DNA of 64,000 nt from an uncultured virus (IMG/VR IMGVR_UViG_3300037541_000827) (Duplodnaviria > Heunggongvirae > Uroviricota > Caudoviricetes): IMG/VR virus record IMGVR_UViG_3300037541_000827; one strand, written 5' to 3'. Made by a program: the position numbers and the translations under genes. Below, one piece after another: positions 19,991-30,500 of the stretch (the first letter of the stretch is position 1; every line of letters begins with the position of its first letter). Under the pieces are notes generated by a model that made no database searches, was not told where the DNA came from, and saw only the letters and a list, made by a program, of their open reading frames with translations.

Positions 19991-21004
19991 TCAGGCGGTG
20001 CGGAAGGTGGTGGAGAAGCCCGCCAGCGGCCGGCGGATGCCGGCGGCATCGGCCACCAGGGAGGCGTTGACTGCCTGGGTGATCGCCCCATCGCGCACCA
20101 CCAGCCGGTAGATGGTCGCGGCGGCCAGGTCGGCCACCGGGTTGATCGTGACCACGTTGGCGGCCAGGGTGACCACGGCAGGGACGCGCACGCCGCTGGA
20201 GGCCAGCTCAAGGCGGAAGCCGCTGCCATCGGCTGCACCGAGGGCCAGCTGGGTGAGGGCCGCCGTGCCGTCGGAGGTGTAGGTGACGGTCTGGTTGGCG
20301 CCGACCACGATCGCCGTGCCGTTGTCCACGGGCACCACCGCATACCGGCGAGTGCCGCTGGACGGGGCAGTGGTAAGGATCACGGATTGGATGGCCCCGC
20401 TGGCGAGTGGAGAAGCGCCGGCATTGAAGCGACCGAACACGGCCCGACCACGGCTCATGCCGTCAAAGGTCACATTGATCAGGTCCTCAGCCGCCTGGGG
20501 CTCCTTGTAGTTGCGCAGGCAGCAGTTAAACCCGGCGTAGTCGTAGACGTAGTCGCCGGTGCTGCCGCTGGCGCGGCCCAGCTCCTTGAACATCTCCACG
20601 AACACCTCGTAGTCGGTGTCGTAGCGAGCTTTCTCGACGATGGCGAACTCCTCGGAGTAGTCGCCGCGGAACTCGGGGCAGTTGCCGGTGGCCGCCTGGA
20701 CGATGCTCCGGGAAAAGAAGGTGTCGAAGCTGGCGCTGACCTTGGAGCCGGTCGTCACGCTGTCGCTCCAGCCGTCATCACCGATCAGGCGGAACTCCCG
20801 ATCGTTGTTGTCGACGTTGAAGGACACCTGTTTGACGGTCTGGAGCTCCCGGGCCCAGTCGCCGGTGTCCAGGGTGGGGCGGGTGATGAAGCCGGAGCTA
20901 TCCCGGACGGGGAAGTAGCGGCAGGGGGCCCTCAGCGGGGTCATGAGCAGGATGCTGCGATGCGCCTTGATAAAGCCTTGCCCAATCGCAAAATCGGTCG
21001 TCAT
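19991..21004 (-). CDS. Major tail protein with C-terminal Ig-like domain
   Basis: 337 aa; tube-like N-terminus; VVTINPVADLAAATIYRLVV Ig-like tail. Confidence 0.8.
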   Translation of the reverse strand: MTTDFAIGQGFIKAHRSILLMTPLRAPCRYFPVRDSSGFITRPTLDTGDWARELQTVKQVSFNVDNNDREFRLIGDDGWSDSVTTGSKVSASFDTFFSRSIVQAATGNCPEFRGDYSEEFAIVEKARYDTDYEVFVEMFKELGRASGSTGDYVYDYAGFNCCLRNYKEPQAAEDLINVTFDGMSRGRAVFGRFNAGASPLASGAIQSVILTTAPSSGTRRYAVVPVDNGTAIVVGANQTVTYTSDGTAALTQLALGAADGSGFRLELASSGVRVPAVVTLAANVVTINPVADLAAATIYRLVVRDGAITQAVNASLVADAAGIRRPLAGFSTTFRTA

Positions 21005-21061
21005 GTCAATGTCCTGGGAATGTCGGGGGTCGGGTGGGGATGAACAGAGGCGGCTGCTGGA

Positions 21062-21499
21062 TCAACCGGAAGCGGCCAGCGAGGCAATCAGAACCGGATC
21101 GGGCAGCTCGATGATGAGCCGCTCGTAGCTGTCATCAGTCTGGGGCTGGTGACGTTGCTGGGCCGTCGGCCAGGCGCGAAACGCCAGCAGCCGCACAGCC
21201 TCCAGATCGCTGCTGCTGTCGAACTGGGTGAAGGTGAGGGTCCAGGTCCGCATGGTTGCCAGCACCGGGGTGGGGCGGCCGAGGAGCTCGCGCTCCGGGG
21301 CGTTGGTGAGCACCGCCTCGATGCCGGTGGCCGTGTAGCTCGGCCGCACCTGGCCCTTGCCCACCGTCCAGAAGGCCTGGATTGGTGGGCCTTCGGGTCG
21401 CTTGTAGAGGCCTAGAAGCGGGCCGAACAGGGCGCGCAGGTCGTCGGCCACCTGGCGGACGGTGGCGCCCAGCTCCACCTGGCAACGTGTCTGGGTCAC
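21062..21499 (-). CDS. Tail completion protein
   Basis: 145 aa, neck-gene position. Confidence 0.55.
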   Translation of the reverse strand: MTQTRCQVELGATVRQVADDLRALFGPLLGLYKRPEGPPIQAFWTVGKGQVRPSYTATGIEAVLTNAPERELLGRPTPVLATMRTWTLTFTQFDSSSDLEAVRLLAFRAWPTAQQRHQPQTDDSYERLIIELPDPVLIASLAASG

Positions 21500-21951
21500 G
21501 ATGCACCTCCAGCCGGCGGCACGGCCGGGGCCGGGGCCCCGCCGTTGCTGTTGCCGCCAAGGCCCCGGCGCTTGGCCGACAGGGTGAAGTGCAACTTGAA
21601 GGTGCTCTGCAGCCGCTGGCGGTCCTTGAGCAGCTCACGGGTCCATGGGCGGGCCGGCATGGTGCGGGGGTTGCCCTCAGCGTCGGTGGCCTTGAACACC
21701 GCGCCGTCATGCACCGCGGGGGCATAGCCGACCCCCCATTGGTACTTGGTGACCATCACCCCAGGGCGGGGATCGATCGCCATCGTCTGCGAGTTGCGGA
21801 GATCGTTGCTGTCGACGATGTCCCGGGGGCTCTCCCCACGCGGCCAGTCCCACTTCGGTTCAGTGATGTGCCGGGTCAGCTCAGAGTCCACGTGGGCGCT
21901 GAGACGCCCCCAGGCCTCGCTCACCACCTCGCGCAGCAGCTGTTCATTCAT
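21496..21951 (-). CDS. HK97 gp10-like neck protein
   Basis: RDIVDSNDLRNS...YAPAVHDG...MPARPW motifs. Confidence 0.7.
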   Translation of the reverse strand: MNEQLLREVVSEAWGRLSAHVDSELTRHITEPKWDWPRGESPRDIVDSNDLRNSQTMAIDPRPGVMVTKYQWGVGYAPAVHDGAVFKATDAEGNPRTMPARPWTRELLKDRQRLQSTFKLHFTLSAKRRGLGGNSNGGAPAPAVPPAGGAS

Positions 21952-22348
21952 CGCCGCGGCCTCCGGTGACCCTGAAGGTGCCGTTGATCTGCTGGCGGAG
22001 CAGCGGCATGGCGCCCAGGGGAGCCCCCAGGTCCTCCTGCAGCTCGAAGCGGCCTAGGCGGCCATTGATTTTCGCCACCGCCTTGCTGCCGCTCACGATG
22101 CGGGGATCGAGAGTGGCGGGGGAGAGCAGCCGGCCGGTGCAGGGAAAGGTGGATTCGTCCACCCCCACCTGCTTCTCCCAGCGTGAGCGGTTGATCCGCA
22201 GGGCCGCCAGGTAGTTGATCACCTCCGTGGCCGCCACCTGGTTGCCGGTGTCGGCATCCACCGTCAGCACCGCACCAGCCACCTCGAACGCCAGGGTGGC
22301 GTTGGCGAGGTTGCCGTAGGCAGAGGCTGGCTGGGGGGTGGTGGTCAT
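21944..22348 (-). CDS. Head closure / neck protein
   Basis: 134 aa, coupled ORF in neck cluster. Confidence 0.55.
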   Translation of the reverse strand: MTTTPQPASAYGNLANATLAFEVAGAVLTVDADTGNQVAATEVINYLAALRINRSRWEKQVGVDESTFPCTGRLLSPATLDPRIVSGSKAVAKINGRLGRFELQEDLGAPLGAMPLLRQQINGTFRVTGGRGDE

Positions 22349-22656
22349 CAGATCGCGAAGCCGCAGGTGAGCGGGAGACAGGACTGCAGCTCGGCAAACT
22401 GCTGCCCGTAGAGGGTGGCCTCGATGCCACAGCCGGCGGAGGGAACGGCCTGGCCCACCTGGGCCCCCACCTCACGCACCCGGGTGGCGATGAGATGGGC
22501 GGCAAACAGGCCCACACCATCGCTGTGCAGGGTGTCCCACACGGTTTCATCGCAGCGGCGGCCGGCGAGGACCAGCGCCTGCTCGAGCTGAACGTGAGTG
22601 TGAACCGCCAGCTCAGGGAACCGGTCGAGAAACTCAGCCAGGGTGGGGACTGCCAT
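22348..22656 (-). CDS. Head-tail connector (DUF4054-like)
   Basis: EFLDRFPEL...LFAAHLIA...ATLYGQQF motif; start MAVPT at 22656. Confidence 0.75.
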   Translation of the reverse strand: MAVPTLAEFLDRFPELAVHTHVQLEQALVLAGRRCDETVWDTLHSDGVGLFAAHLIATRVREVGAQVGQAVPSAGCGIEATLYGQQFAELQSCLPLTCGFAI

Positions 22657-22661
22657 CGTGC

Positions 22662-23189
22662 TCAGGGCTTGCCGTCGTTGATCTCTTTGATCCGCTCCGC
22701 CAGCCGCTGGCGCAGCTGCTGGCGGTCTTCCTTGCGCAGCCACCGCTCCAGCTGCTCGGTGTTTCGGCAGCCGTAGACCAGGCGGATCGCCACCGGCACC
22801 GGAACGGCGCCGAGGGTCAGCTCACCGTCGGCGTTGGTGGCGCCATCGGTGAGCTCGATCTCCTGGATCAGACCGCGCCCCATGAACACCTGGGTGTCGG
22901 GCCGTTCCTTGGCTTTCTCCCACAGCACGCGATCGATCGGGCCATTGAGGCCCGGGTTGATGCGCAGCGTGGTGGGATTGGCAAGCGGGCCAAACACCCA
23001 GGACAGTGCCCCACCACGGCAGGACTGCAGGCAGGCCTCATTCAGCTCGGGGGTGAAGACCACCGCCAGGGAGCCGGTGATGGCCTCCTGGAGTGCGGGT
23101 TCGGATGCCAGGGAGCCTGTGATGGGCTCTTGGGGTGCGGGCTCGGTGGCGGGCTTGGTGGCGAGCTTGGTGGGATGGGTTGTCGTCAT
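22662..23189 (-). CDS. Hypothetical head-region protein
   Basis: 175 aa downstream of the capsid gene; N-terminal QExITGSLA duplication. Confidence 0.65.
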   Translation of the reverse strand: MTTTHPTKLATKPATEPAPQEPITGSLASEPALQEAITGSLAVVFTPELNEACLQSCRGGALSWVFGPLANPTTLRINPGLNGPIDRVLWEKAKERPDTQVFMGRGLIQEIELTDGATNADGELTLGAVPVPVAIRLVYGCRNTEQLERWLRKEDRQQLRQRLAERIKEINDGKP

Positions 23190-23239
23190 AGGGAGCGGAT
23201 GGGGGAAGGGTGCACGGGAATGAAGCCGATCAGCCCTGA

Positions 23240-24172
23240 TCAGCCGCCGTCCTCGATGTAGAGGAAGGCAAGCGGGAATTCGGGGATGAATCCGCCGAGC
23301 TTGCTCATCGAGGGAACGATGAACTTGAGGTTCTTCGGCTGGGGGGGGAGGAAGGTGAGGGGCAGGGGGATGTGGAACTTCCCCTTGGTCGGGTCCTTCC
23401 GGTAGAAGAGCATCCGGCGGGCGCTGAGGTTGCCGCCGGAGTTGGCCGGGTCGAGCTCGTTAATCGGCTCCACGCTGTTGATGCCGGGGTTCATCTTCCG
23501 GAACAGCTCCAATACCGTCATGTTGTCGGTGGCGCTGCGGCAGGTGGTGGAGACGATCCGGTGATCCGATTCACCCATCAGGATGTCGGTGGGCGACTCC
23601 ACCTGCTTGGAGTTGAGCCGCATTTGCGTGACCCCGAAGTTCATCAGATCGAGCATCTGCTGGGGCGTGGTGTTGGGGTCGTTGAACCAGGCATCAGAGG
23701 AGTTCCCGGTCACCACCACACGGTCGATGGCGGGGTGGTTGAGCATGCCGCGCAAGCCGGTGCCGGCCCGACCGAACAGGCAGGTGAAGTTGTTGCGGCG
23801 CTCGTAGGCGTCGCGCACCGCATCGGCCCGCTCGCTGGTGAGGGCCACGCCAGCCATTTTTGCCGACAGCAGCTCGGACTGGGTGTAGACAAATGATCCA
23901 CCAAATTCTCTCGTCTCGTTGACGATCTCCCCGACCTTCACGCCGGAGACCGGCAGATCGTCGGCAGCATCGGAGATGAGGTCGTAGTTGCCGGTACGGT
24001 CCCAGATCGTGCGCTTGATCGACGTGGCGCCGGGGTCCACCTCGAAGCTGACGGGGCAGATCCTGGGGTAGACAATCTCGGCGTAAGGCTTGCGCAGCAC
24101 ACCAGGGATGATGTGCTGCAGCTGATCGGCGAGGAACGCTCCCTCGCTGTAGTTGTCCTGGCGGTGGCTCAT
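23240..24172 (-). CDS. Major capsid protein (DUF2184 family)
   Basis: AFLADQL, GLRGMLNHP, TVLELF motifs; follows protease and decoration genes. Confidence 0.85.
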   Translation of the reverse strand: MSHRQDNYSEGAFLADQLQHIIPGVLRKPYAEIVYPRICPVSFEVDPGATSIKRTIWDRTGNYDLISDAADDLPVSGVKVGEIVNETREFGGSFVYTQSELLSAKMAGVALTSERADAVRDAYERRNNFTCLFGRAGTGLRGMLNHPAIDRVVVTGNSSDAWFNDPNTTPQQMLDLMNFGVTQMRLNSKQVESPTDILMGESDHRIVSTTCRSATDNMTVLELFRKMNPGINSVEPINELDPANSGGNLSARRMLFYRKDPTKGKFHIPLPLTFLPPQPKNLKFIVPSMSKLGGFIPEFPLAFLYIEDGG

Positions 24173-24227
24173 GGGTCGTCTCCGGGAGGAGGGCAGGGGG
24201 GGATGGGGATCGTGTTAGGGGGAGTGA

Positions 24228-24791
24228 TCAATCAGCGGTGACGACCAGGCCCGCCGGGGTGTTGATGCGCAGGATGGCCAGGCCACCAGCAGCCGCCGGG
24301 CGCTCGATTTCCCAGCCACCGGCGGAAAACAGGAGGCTGTTGCCGGCGCTGGCGGTTTTGCCCCAGCGGCCGGCATTGGTGCCGCTCTTGAAGTAGCGCA
24401 GGGCGTTGCCTGGGGCGAGGGTTTCCCAGCAGTCGATGTAGATCGCGCCGACCTTGAGGAGGTTGACCGCACCGCCGGGCTCGATGCCCTCCTGATACGG
24501 AGTCGCGGCCTCGCGATGGGACACCTCGTGCACATCGGTCAGGACGGTGAGGCCCAGGATCGTGGAGGCGGCCACGGCAGGGGTGACGGAGTTGGGCAGG
24601 ACGCCGGAGCCGTTCCGGATCACCGGAATGCCGAAGGCAATCCGGGCGGTCGTTTCGTTGTTGCCGCTGATGATGGTTCTGTTGCTCATATCGGCGAGCT
24701 CACCGATGCGGCCGATGCCCATCTGCATGGGGTAGTCGCGGCCAACACCGGCGAAGACGGTGCCGGCGTTATTGGTGAAGGTCTGGGCCAT
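24228..24791 (-). CDS. Capsid decoration/cement protein
   Basis: 187 aa between protease and capsid; IAFGIPV motif. Confidence 0.7.
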   Translation of the reverse strand: MAQTFTNNAGTVFAGVGRDYPMQMGIGRIGELADMSNRTIISGNNETTARIAFGIPVIRNGSGVLPNSVTPAVAASTILGLTVLTDVHEVSHREAATPYQEGIEPGGAVNLLKVGAIYIDCWETLAPGNALRYFKSGTNAGRWGKTASAGNSLLFSAGGWEIERPAAAGGLAILRINTPAGLVVTAD

Positions 24792-24837
24792 GGGTCTGAT
24801 GCGAAGGGAAAGGGGTCAGGGAAGGGCGTGAACGGGA

Positions 24838-26124
24838 TCAGGCGGCCGTGGTCTGCCAGGCGTTCGCCACCGACTGCCGGTGCTCCGCCGCGGCCGCGGC
24901 AATGCCGTCGCCGGTGCTGTCGCTGCGGGGGGTGGTGAGGCCATGCAGCTGGCGGGCCAGCAGGTTGGCGGCGCCGGGGTCGTAGGGGATCTTTTCGGCG
25001 CTCTCAAACGCGGCATCGAAACGAGCGGCGATGTATTCATCGCTGCGGTCCTCGATCCCATCGATCCGCACCTCAGCAGCCTCCAGGGCCAGCACCATCA
25101 CCTCGCGGTTGGAGAGGCCGTCATGGCGCTCCCGCTTGCCGGTGAGCTCACCGGCCTTCTCCAGCACGTCGACCCGCTCGGCCACCAGCTGATTGATCAG
25201 CTCAGGATCGGGCTCAGGGGCAGAGTCGGTGCGCTCGGCCACCAGCTGCTCCAGCTCAGCGAGCTGCTCAGAGAGGCTGTCGAAGCGCAGCTCAGCGGCG
25301 GCCAGATCATCGACGGTGGCCTTGTAGACATCCCAGGGCACGCTGCGGCCGGGGGTGGCGGAGTCGCCACGGGTCTTCTTGCCCTTGGCCATGCCGTAGC
25401 CGTCTTCCTTCTCCTGGTCGTCGTCCTCCTCCATTTCCATGTCCTCCTCTTCCATCTCCTTGGGCTTGGCGGCTTTCTTGTCGGCGGGAGGCTTCATGTC
25501 GTTGCGATTGGCGGGCTGGCTGGAAGTGGCCATGGAGGGGTCCTCAAAGGAAGGGATGAGATCGGCAGAAACCGCGACGATCGGCGGGTCGTCGCCGTCG
25601 GCGGAGTCGAAATGCAGGCGCACCTCCGACCCCGCCCGGGCCTTGCGGGTGATGGCGTGGTGGTTGCCAGAGATGGCGCGCTGCACGCCGTCGTAACGGG
25701 TGCCGTCGGGGGCTACTCCGGGGGTGGGGTCGTACTCGCAGCGGTAACCGACCGACAGCTCGGTGGCATCGCCACGCTTGACGGCCTCAATCGCCTCACG
25801 ATCGGTGAGCACGACAGTGCCGTGGACAAACCCGTTGTCGTAGACCACGTGGGTGCCGGAGGCGCCCCGCTGGTACTGACGGGCGGTGTCCGGGGTGAGC
25901 AGCTGGGGCGGATGCTCCAGGGTCACCGGCAGGCCGCCCAGGGACAGGAAACTGTCCTGACGGGCTACCTCCGACTCGGGGCGGTACTCGACACGCTGCG
26001 AACCGTCCGGGTTGCTGTAGGTCTGGCAACCGGTGCGGGCAAAGGTGGCGCGAATGTGCAGGAATCCCTCAGGGGTTTCTGCCCAGTTGCCCGTGATGCT
26101 GGAGCGATCGAAACGAAACTGCAC
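24838..26124 (-). CDS. DUF2213 prohead protease/scaffold
   Basis: TPEGFL...ARTG, PVTLEHP, ELSVGY, NHHAITRKARAG; acidic coiled C-terminus. Confidence 0.85.
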   Translation of the reverse strand: MQFRFDRSSITGNWAETPEGFLHIRATFARTGCQTYSNPDGSQRVEYRPESEVARQDSFLSLGGLPVTLEHPPQLLTPDTARQYQRGASGTHVVYDNGFVHGTVVLTDREAIEAVKRGDATELSVGYRCEYDPTPGVAPDGTRYDGVQRAISGNHHAITRKARAGSEVRLHFDSADGDDPPIVAVSADLIPSFEDPSMATSSQPANRNDMKPPADKKAAKPKEMEEEDMEMEEDDDQEKEDGYGMAKGKKTRGDSATPGRSVPWDVYKATVDDLAAAELRFDSLSEQLAELEQLVAERTDSAPEPDPELINQLVAERVDVLEKAGELTGKRERHDGLSNREVMVLALEAAEVRIDGIEDRSDEYIAARFDAAFESAEKIPYDPGAANLLARQLHGLTTPRSDSTGDGIAAAAAEHRQSVANAWQTTAA

Positions 26125-26199
26125 CGGCAGATAGCAGGAGCTACCAGGAAGATGAAGCCGCCAGCTTTATGCTTATGGGGTTGATGCCATAAACGCACA

Positions 26200-26427
26200 A
26201 TGGCGACACTCCTGCCTGACGCCATGGTGCGGCGCCTGTTGGGTGCACGTTTGGGCGTGATCTTGCAACAGCGAGGCGTCAGCCAGCAGCGGCTGGCGGA
26301 GCAGCTGGAGGTGCACCGCAGCGCCGTCAGCCGGTGGTGCTCAGGCGAGCGTGATCCGAACCCAGGCCAGCTGCGATCGATCTGCCTGCTGCTGGTGATC
26401 GATCCGGCCCTGCTGCTGGGGCTCTGA
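26200..26427 (+). CDS. XRE-family HTH regulator
   Basis: VSQQRLAEQLEVHRSAVSRWCSGERDP. Confidence 0.85.
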   Translation: MATLLPDAMVRRLLGARLGVILQQRGVSQQRLAEQLEVHRSAVSRWCSGERDPNPGQLRSICLLLVIDPALLLGL

Positions 26428-26447
26428 TCAGCTGGCTGGAGCCGCGG

Positions 26448-26756
26448 CTAGAGGATCCGCTGCATCTTCTGCTGGGCCGGGCCTGCCCCTGGGGCCTTTC
26501 GGCAGACCTTGTTCATCGAGATGCAACTGGCCCCGCAGCTGTAGCCCGTGGCGCATTTCCGCTTCACCGCGTCGATCCGTGCAACAAGGGTTGCGGAGTC
26601 CCGCCGCTTGCCCCGCGCCGCGGCCACCGGTGGGGCCTTTTGCAGGCGCAGCATCACGGTGGTCTCCACGGCCACGTTGGCCCAGTCGATGGCCTCGACA
26701 TCGCTGCGGGGGGCCTGGGGGGTGGCGGGGGTGGGCATAGTCGTGGATCGGGGCAT
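26448..26756 (-). CDS. Small protein made of R-x-D motifs plus one Cys4 module
   Basis: RSD, RRD, RIDAVKRKCATGYSCGASCISMNKVCR; TAGCCT upstream. Confidence 0.7.
   Translation of the reverse strand: MPRSTTMPTPATPQAPRSDVEAIDWANVAVETTVMLRLQKAPPVAAARGKRRDSATLVARIDAVKRKCATGYSCGASCISMNKVCRKAPGAGPAQQKMQRIL
26499..26579 (-). repeat. Cys4 module copy (102-aa protein)
   Basis: Highly similar at DNA level to 41579-41659. Confidence 0.9.
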
Positions 26757-26951
26757 CAGGAACAGGCTAGAGATTCCGCCACTTGTTACGGGTGATCAAC
26801 TGACACACATGGACCGCGTTTCCGCGTCCGCCAGACGTTACGATTCGGGAGCGCGGGGGAGACCCGCACCGCCAGCCGGCCATAGGCGTAAAACCGGGCC
26901 GATCCGCTCCCAGCAGTCCGGGAGTGTCAACCCTTGCTCCCCACTTCAGCC

Positions 26952-27257
26952 ATGCCTGTAACGCACACAAAATATCTTGCCTTCATGGAAGGCTACGAAG
27001 AAGTGGTTGCACCTTTTGAGCAAGAGTTTATTCGCTTACGCGAGACGGAAGACAACCCAGACATGGACTTTATGCAGTTTATTGAGAGAATGGCCATGGT
27101 GGAGCGGCACCGTGACATTGCAATCGCCGAGTACGCTGGAATCCCGTCCACCAGACGGGCTCTAGATGAGTTGCACGCCGCCACTTGCGGTAGCCGCAGG
27201 TCCGCTTATGCCTACATAGTTCTTGACGAACTGCCAGATGATTACTGCGCCGACTGA
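26952..27257 (+). CDS. Acidic hypothetical protein (low-GC moron)
   Basis: MPVTHTKY... ~101 aa, lower GC, opposite to late genes. Confidence 0.6.
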   Translation: MPVTHTKYLAFMEGYEEVVAPFEQEFIRLRETEDNPDMDFMQFIERMAMVERHRDIAIAEYAGIPSTRRALDELHAATCGSRRSAYAYIVLDELPDDYCAD

Positions 27258-27307
27258 TCCTCGCTACGACCCGACCATCGCTGCATGGCTTTCGCTGGTT
27301 GATCTCG

Positions 27308-27514
27308 ATGCCTGATCCTTCTGGGGAGCGGGTGAAGAGGCATCGTGCGCGCCTTTCTGGCGACGCACCGCCTTGCCCAGTGTGCCCACAATGCGGCCGC
27401 AAAGTCTGGGGGCAGGTCTTTTTGCCTCTTTGCTCTAGATGCGGAAGGAAAACGCCTGCAGGCAAAGACGCAGATGCCGCTCGCAAAAGAAGTTCCCGCA
27501 ACCCGTCGAAATAA
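27308..27514 (+). CDS. Small zinc-finger protein
   Basis: CPVCPQC...CSRC. Confidence 0.5.
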   Translation: MPDPSGERVKRHRARLSGDAPPCPVCPQCGRKVWGQVFLPLCSRCGRKTPAGKDADAARKRSSRNPSK

Positions 27515-27523
27515 CTGAATGCG

Positions 27524-30500
27524 TCAATAGTTGTATCTAATTCCCCGCGCCTCAAGCGTCTTCGCGCCAAAGTCAGGAGTTATCTTCTGCCGCGTGCTGT
27601 AAATCGGCCTTGAAAGGAACGCACTCTTCCACGCCATATCTTTTTCTTCTTGGGTCGCCTTGTGTTTGGCCCCATGCTTTATTGCCAGCCCTGACACAAA
27701 AGTTAAAAAGGTTTGCCTGCGATGGCTCACTTTTTTGGCCGCGACCTTTTGCGTTTCGGTAAGGCTAGAGAGTTCACGTTCTCGCTTGGACCGACGTGTC
27801 AGCCTGCCCTGAATCGACTCTTTTGTTAATGCAACGCGTCTGTAAGACGGGGTCAATGCCATATTTGCACTCCTCCCCTTCGTTTCGCTGCGGAGCTTAA
27901 CAGCCTCTTGACCAGGCTCAGCAGGCTTGGCTGCAGCCGCTTTCGCCGCGGCCTGCTGGCGAGCACCGCGCAGCTGGCCGGCCTTGGCCCCGCGCTGCTG
28001 GCCGATGCCTGCCGCCAGTCCTGCGGCCTCTTGGGCCCTCACAGGGGCGATACCCCGCTGGGCCACCTTGCCGCCAGCGGCCAGGGCCAGCAGGCGCTTC
28101 ATCCGTTCCTTCCCGATCGCAGAGCTGGGGCTGGTTCGGCACTCCTTCCGCAGGCTGATGCAGGCCGACCCGCAGCCGTAGCCGGTGGTGCATTTCCGCT
28201 TGAGGGCGTCGATCCGGGCTTCGAGGATGTCGGCATCCCGCCGGCGGCTGCCGCCGAGGCGCCGCCGCGGCCGGCCACCACCCAGGGATGGATCTTCGCC
28301 ACCTTCACCACCGAACTGCTCCTCTGCCTGGATGCGCAGGTCGATCGTCTGCTTCTGGAGATCGTTCAGCCGCTTGTCCTGGGCCTTCATGTCCTCGAGC
28401 GCGCTCTTCAGGGCTCCAGAGACGGTGCCGGAGGCGCCGGCACGGTTGCGCATGGCCGCGGATCGAGCGGCAGCTTCAGGGGAGCTGGCCTGGGCCTGCA
28501 TCTTCTGGGCAAACTCGGCCTTGAACTTGTCCCGGGCCTGGTCCTTGCTCATGCCCCGGTAGCGGGTGCGGCGGTCGATTGTCCAGCCGGCCTCGAAGAG
28601 CTGCTCAGCGATCATCCCCATCTGCTTGGCGTCTGCGGCCTTCAGGGCCCCCAGGGTTTGCCTGAGGGCTTCTGTGACGCTGCCGGGTTTGGAGGCAGGG
28701 GCCGTCGTCGTGGGCCGGGCGGCTGCTCCACCGCCGGACTGGACGGCCAGGCTGCCGCCGGTGCTGGGGGTGCTGGCGGGCTGTTCCTTGAACAGCGGCA
28801 TGGTTTCGTCGTATTCGGTCACCCCAAACAGCGATCTCTGGCTCTGCTTGTTGCTGCTGATGGCCGTGGCCAGCCGGCCGCGCTCCACCGCCCTCTCTTC
28901 CTTCCGCCAGGCCTGAGCCCCGGATTGATCCCCGGCGGCCTGGGCGGCCTGCTGCTGCTGCCGGGCGAAGGCGGCCTGTTGCTTGCTGGTGGTCACGTCC
29001 TGGGCGTTTAGGCCCTGCTCCTTGGCCTTGGGTGCCAGGCCGGGATCCTGGCGGCCGGGGTTGGTCAGCACCGGCTGGGGTGAGCCTTCTGATGCGTTCC
29101 CATTTGCAAACGTGCCCTCTCGAATCGGCCTGGAATGCTTGTTGCCACCGATGCGCACGTCTGTTGCGGTCCCCCCTCTTGTTGCTGTGCCGGCAGCTGC
29201 AAAGGACTCAACTGTCTCCAGCACTTCGCGGTCGCTGGTGTCTCGCAGAAGGTTTCGATTGCCCACATAGGAGGCCTTGTACTCGGCCTGCCACTCGTTG
29301 CCACGGCGATTATTGGTGCCCTCCTCGGCATCCGCGTCACTTTTAGCGTTGTGGTCTGCGTACCAGTGCTCTGCTGCCTGGCGATCCCGGAAAAAGTAGT
29401 TTTGCTTGGTGGCTCCTCCACGCTGGGTGCGGTAATACTTCAGGCCACCCGCTGCTTTTCTTTTCTCTACTGCTGGATCGTAGTTTGTATCGCCTCCTGC
29501 AGCGATGCTCATTGGCTTTAAGGTGACGCCCTCCTTAAGTTGCGGAGTTGGCCGGTAGGGATTGGTTTGTTTCTCTTGAGCAGCCTTGGCTCGACGAGCA
29601 GCCTGGCGCTGGAATCGCAGCTCCTGAGCTTGGCCGGTGCGCCGACCCTGCAGATCAGCCGCCATGGTGGCCGCTTCGGCTGCTTTAGGCACACCTATCC
29701 CCTTGGGCTTGATTTCGCCTTGGGCCAGGGCCAGCAGCCGCTTCATGCGCTCCTTCCCGATGGCGCTGCGGGGAGTGGTGCGACATTCCTTCCGCAAGCT
29801 GATGCAAGCCGACCCGCAGCCATAGCCGGTGCTGCATTGCTTCCGCAGGGCATCGATCCGTTCCTGCAGGCTGTCGGCCCGGGGCCGCTTGCGCAGCCCC
29901 ACCGCTTCCAGCTCAGCCTGCACCGCCTCGAAGACATCCCGCTCCAGTTCCTTGCGCACCGTGGCCTCAGCCTCGCCGGCCTCCACCCGATCGGCGGCAC
30001 GGTTGAGGGCGGAGCTGATCGGGCCAGAGGAGCTCTTGAGCCGCTCGAACACCCCCAGGGCCTCGCTGGCCTCGCCGGCCACCTTGGCGCTCTGCTCCTG
30101 GTTGATCGTGTTCCCGCCCTTCTCGGTCAGGCTGGTGGCAGCCTTGGCCTTGCTGACGGTGGTGAAGAGCTTCTTCTCCCTGCTGATCTTGGCCTTCAGT
30201 GCAGCCGAGAGCTTGGCCCGGGTAATCAGGTTGTCCTTGGCCTCCTCGGTCTCGCCAAACAGGCTCATCGTCGTCTGGGTGCGTTGGGAGCTGGCAGCGG
30301 CATGCTCCACCAGCTCCTGCAGGGTCTGATCGGTGATGGCCTTACGGGAGCCAATCATCTTGAACACCTCCCGCTGCTTCGTGTCATCGAGGCCACTGCC
30401 GCCGATGATCGCCCCGCGGTTCACCGTCAGGTCCCCGCGCACCACGGCGTTGAACACGTCGCCGGGGAGCTTGCTGAGGCTCAGCCCCTTCGCGGCCTGG

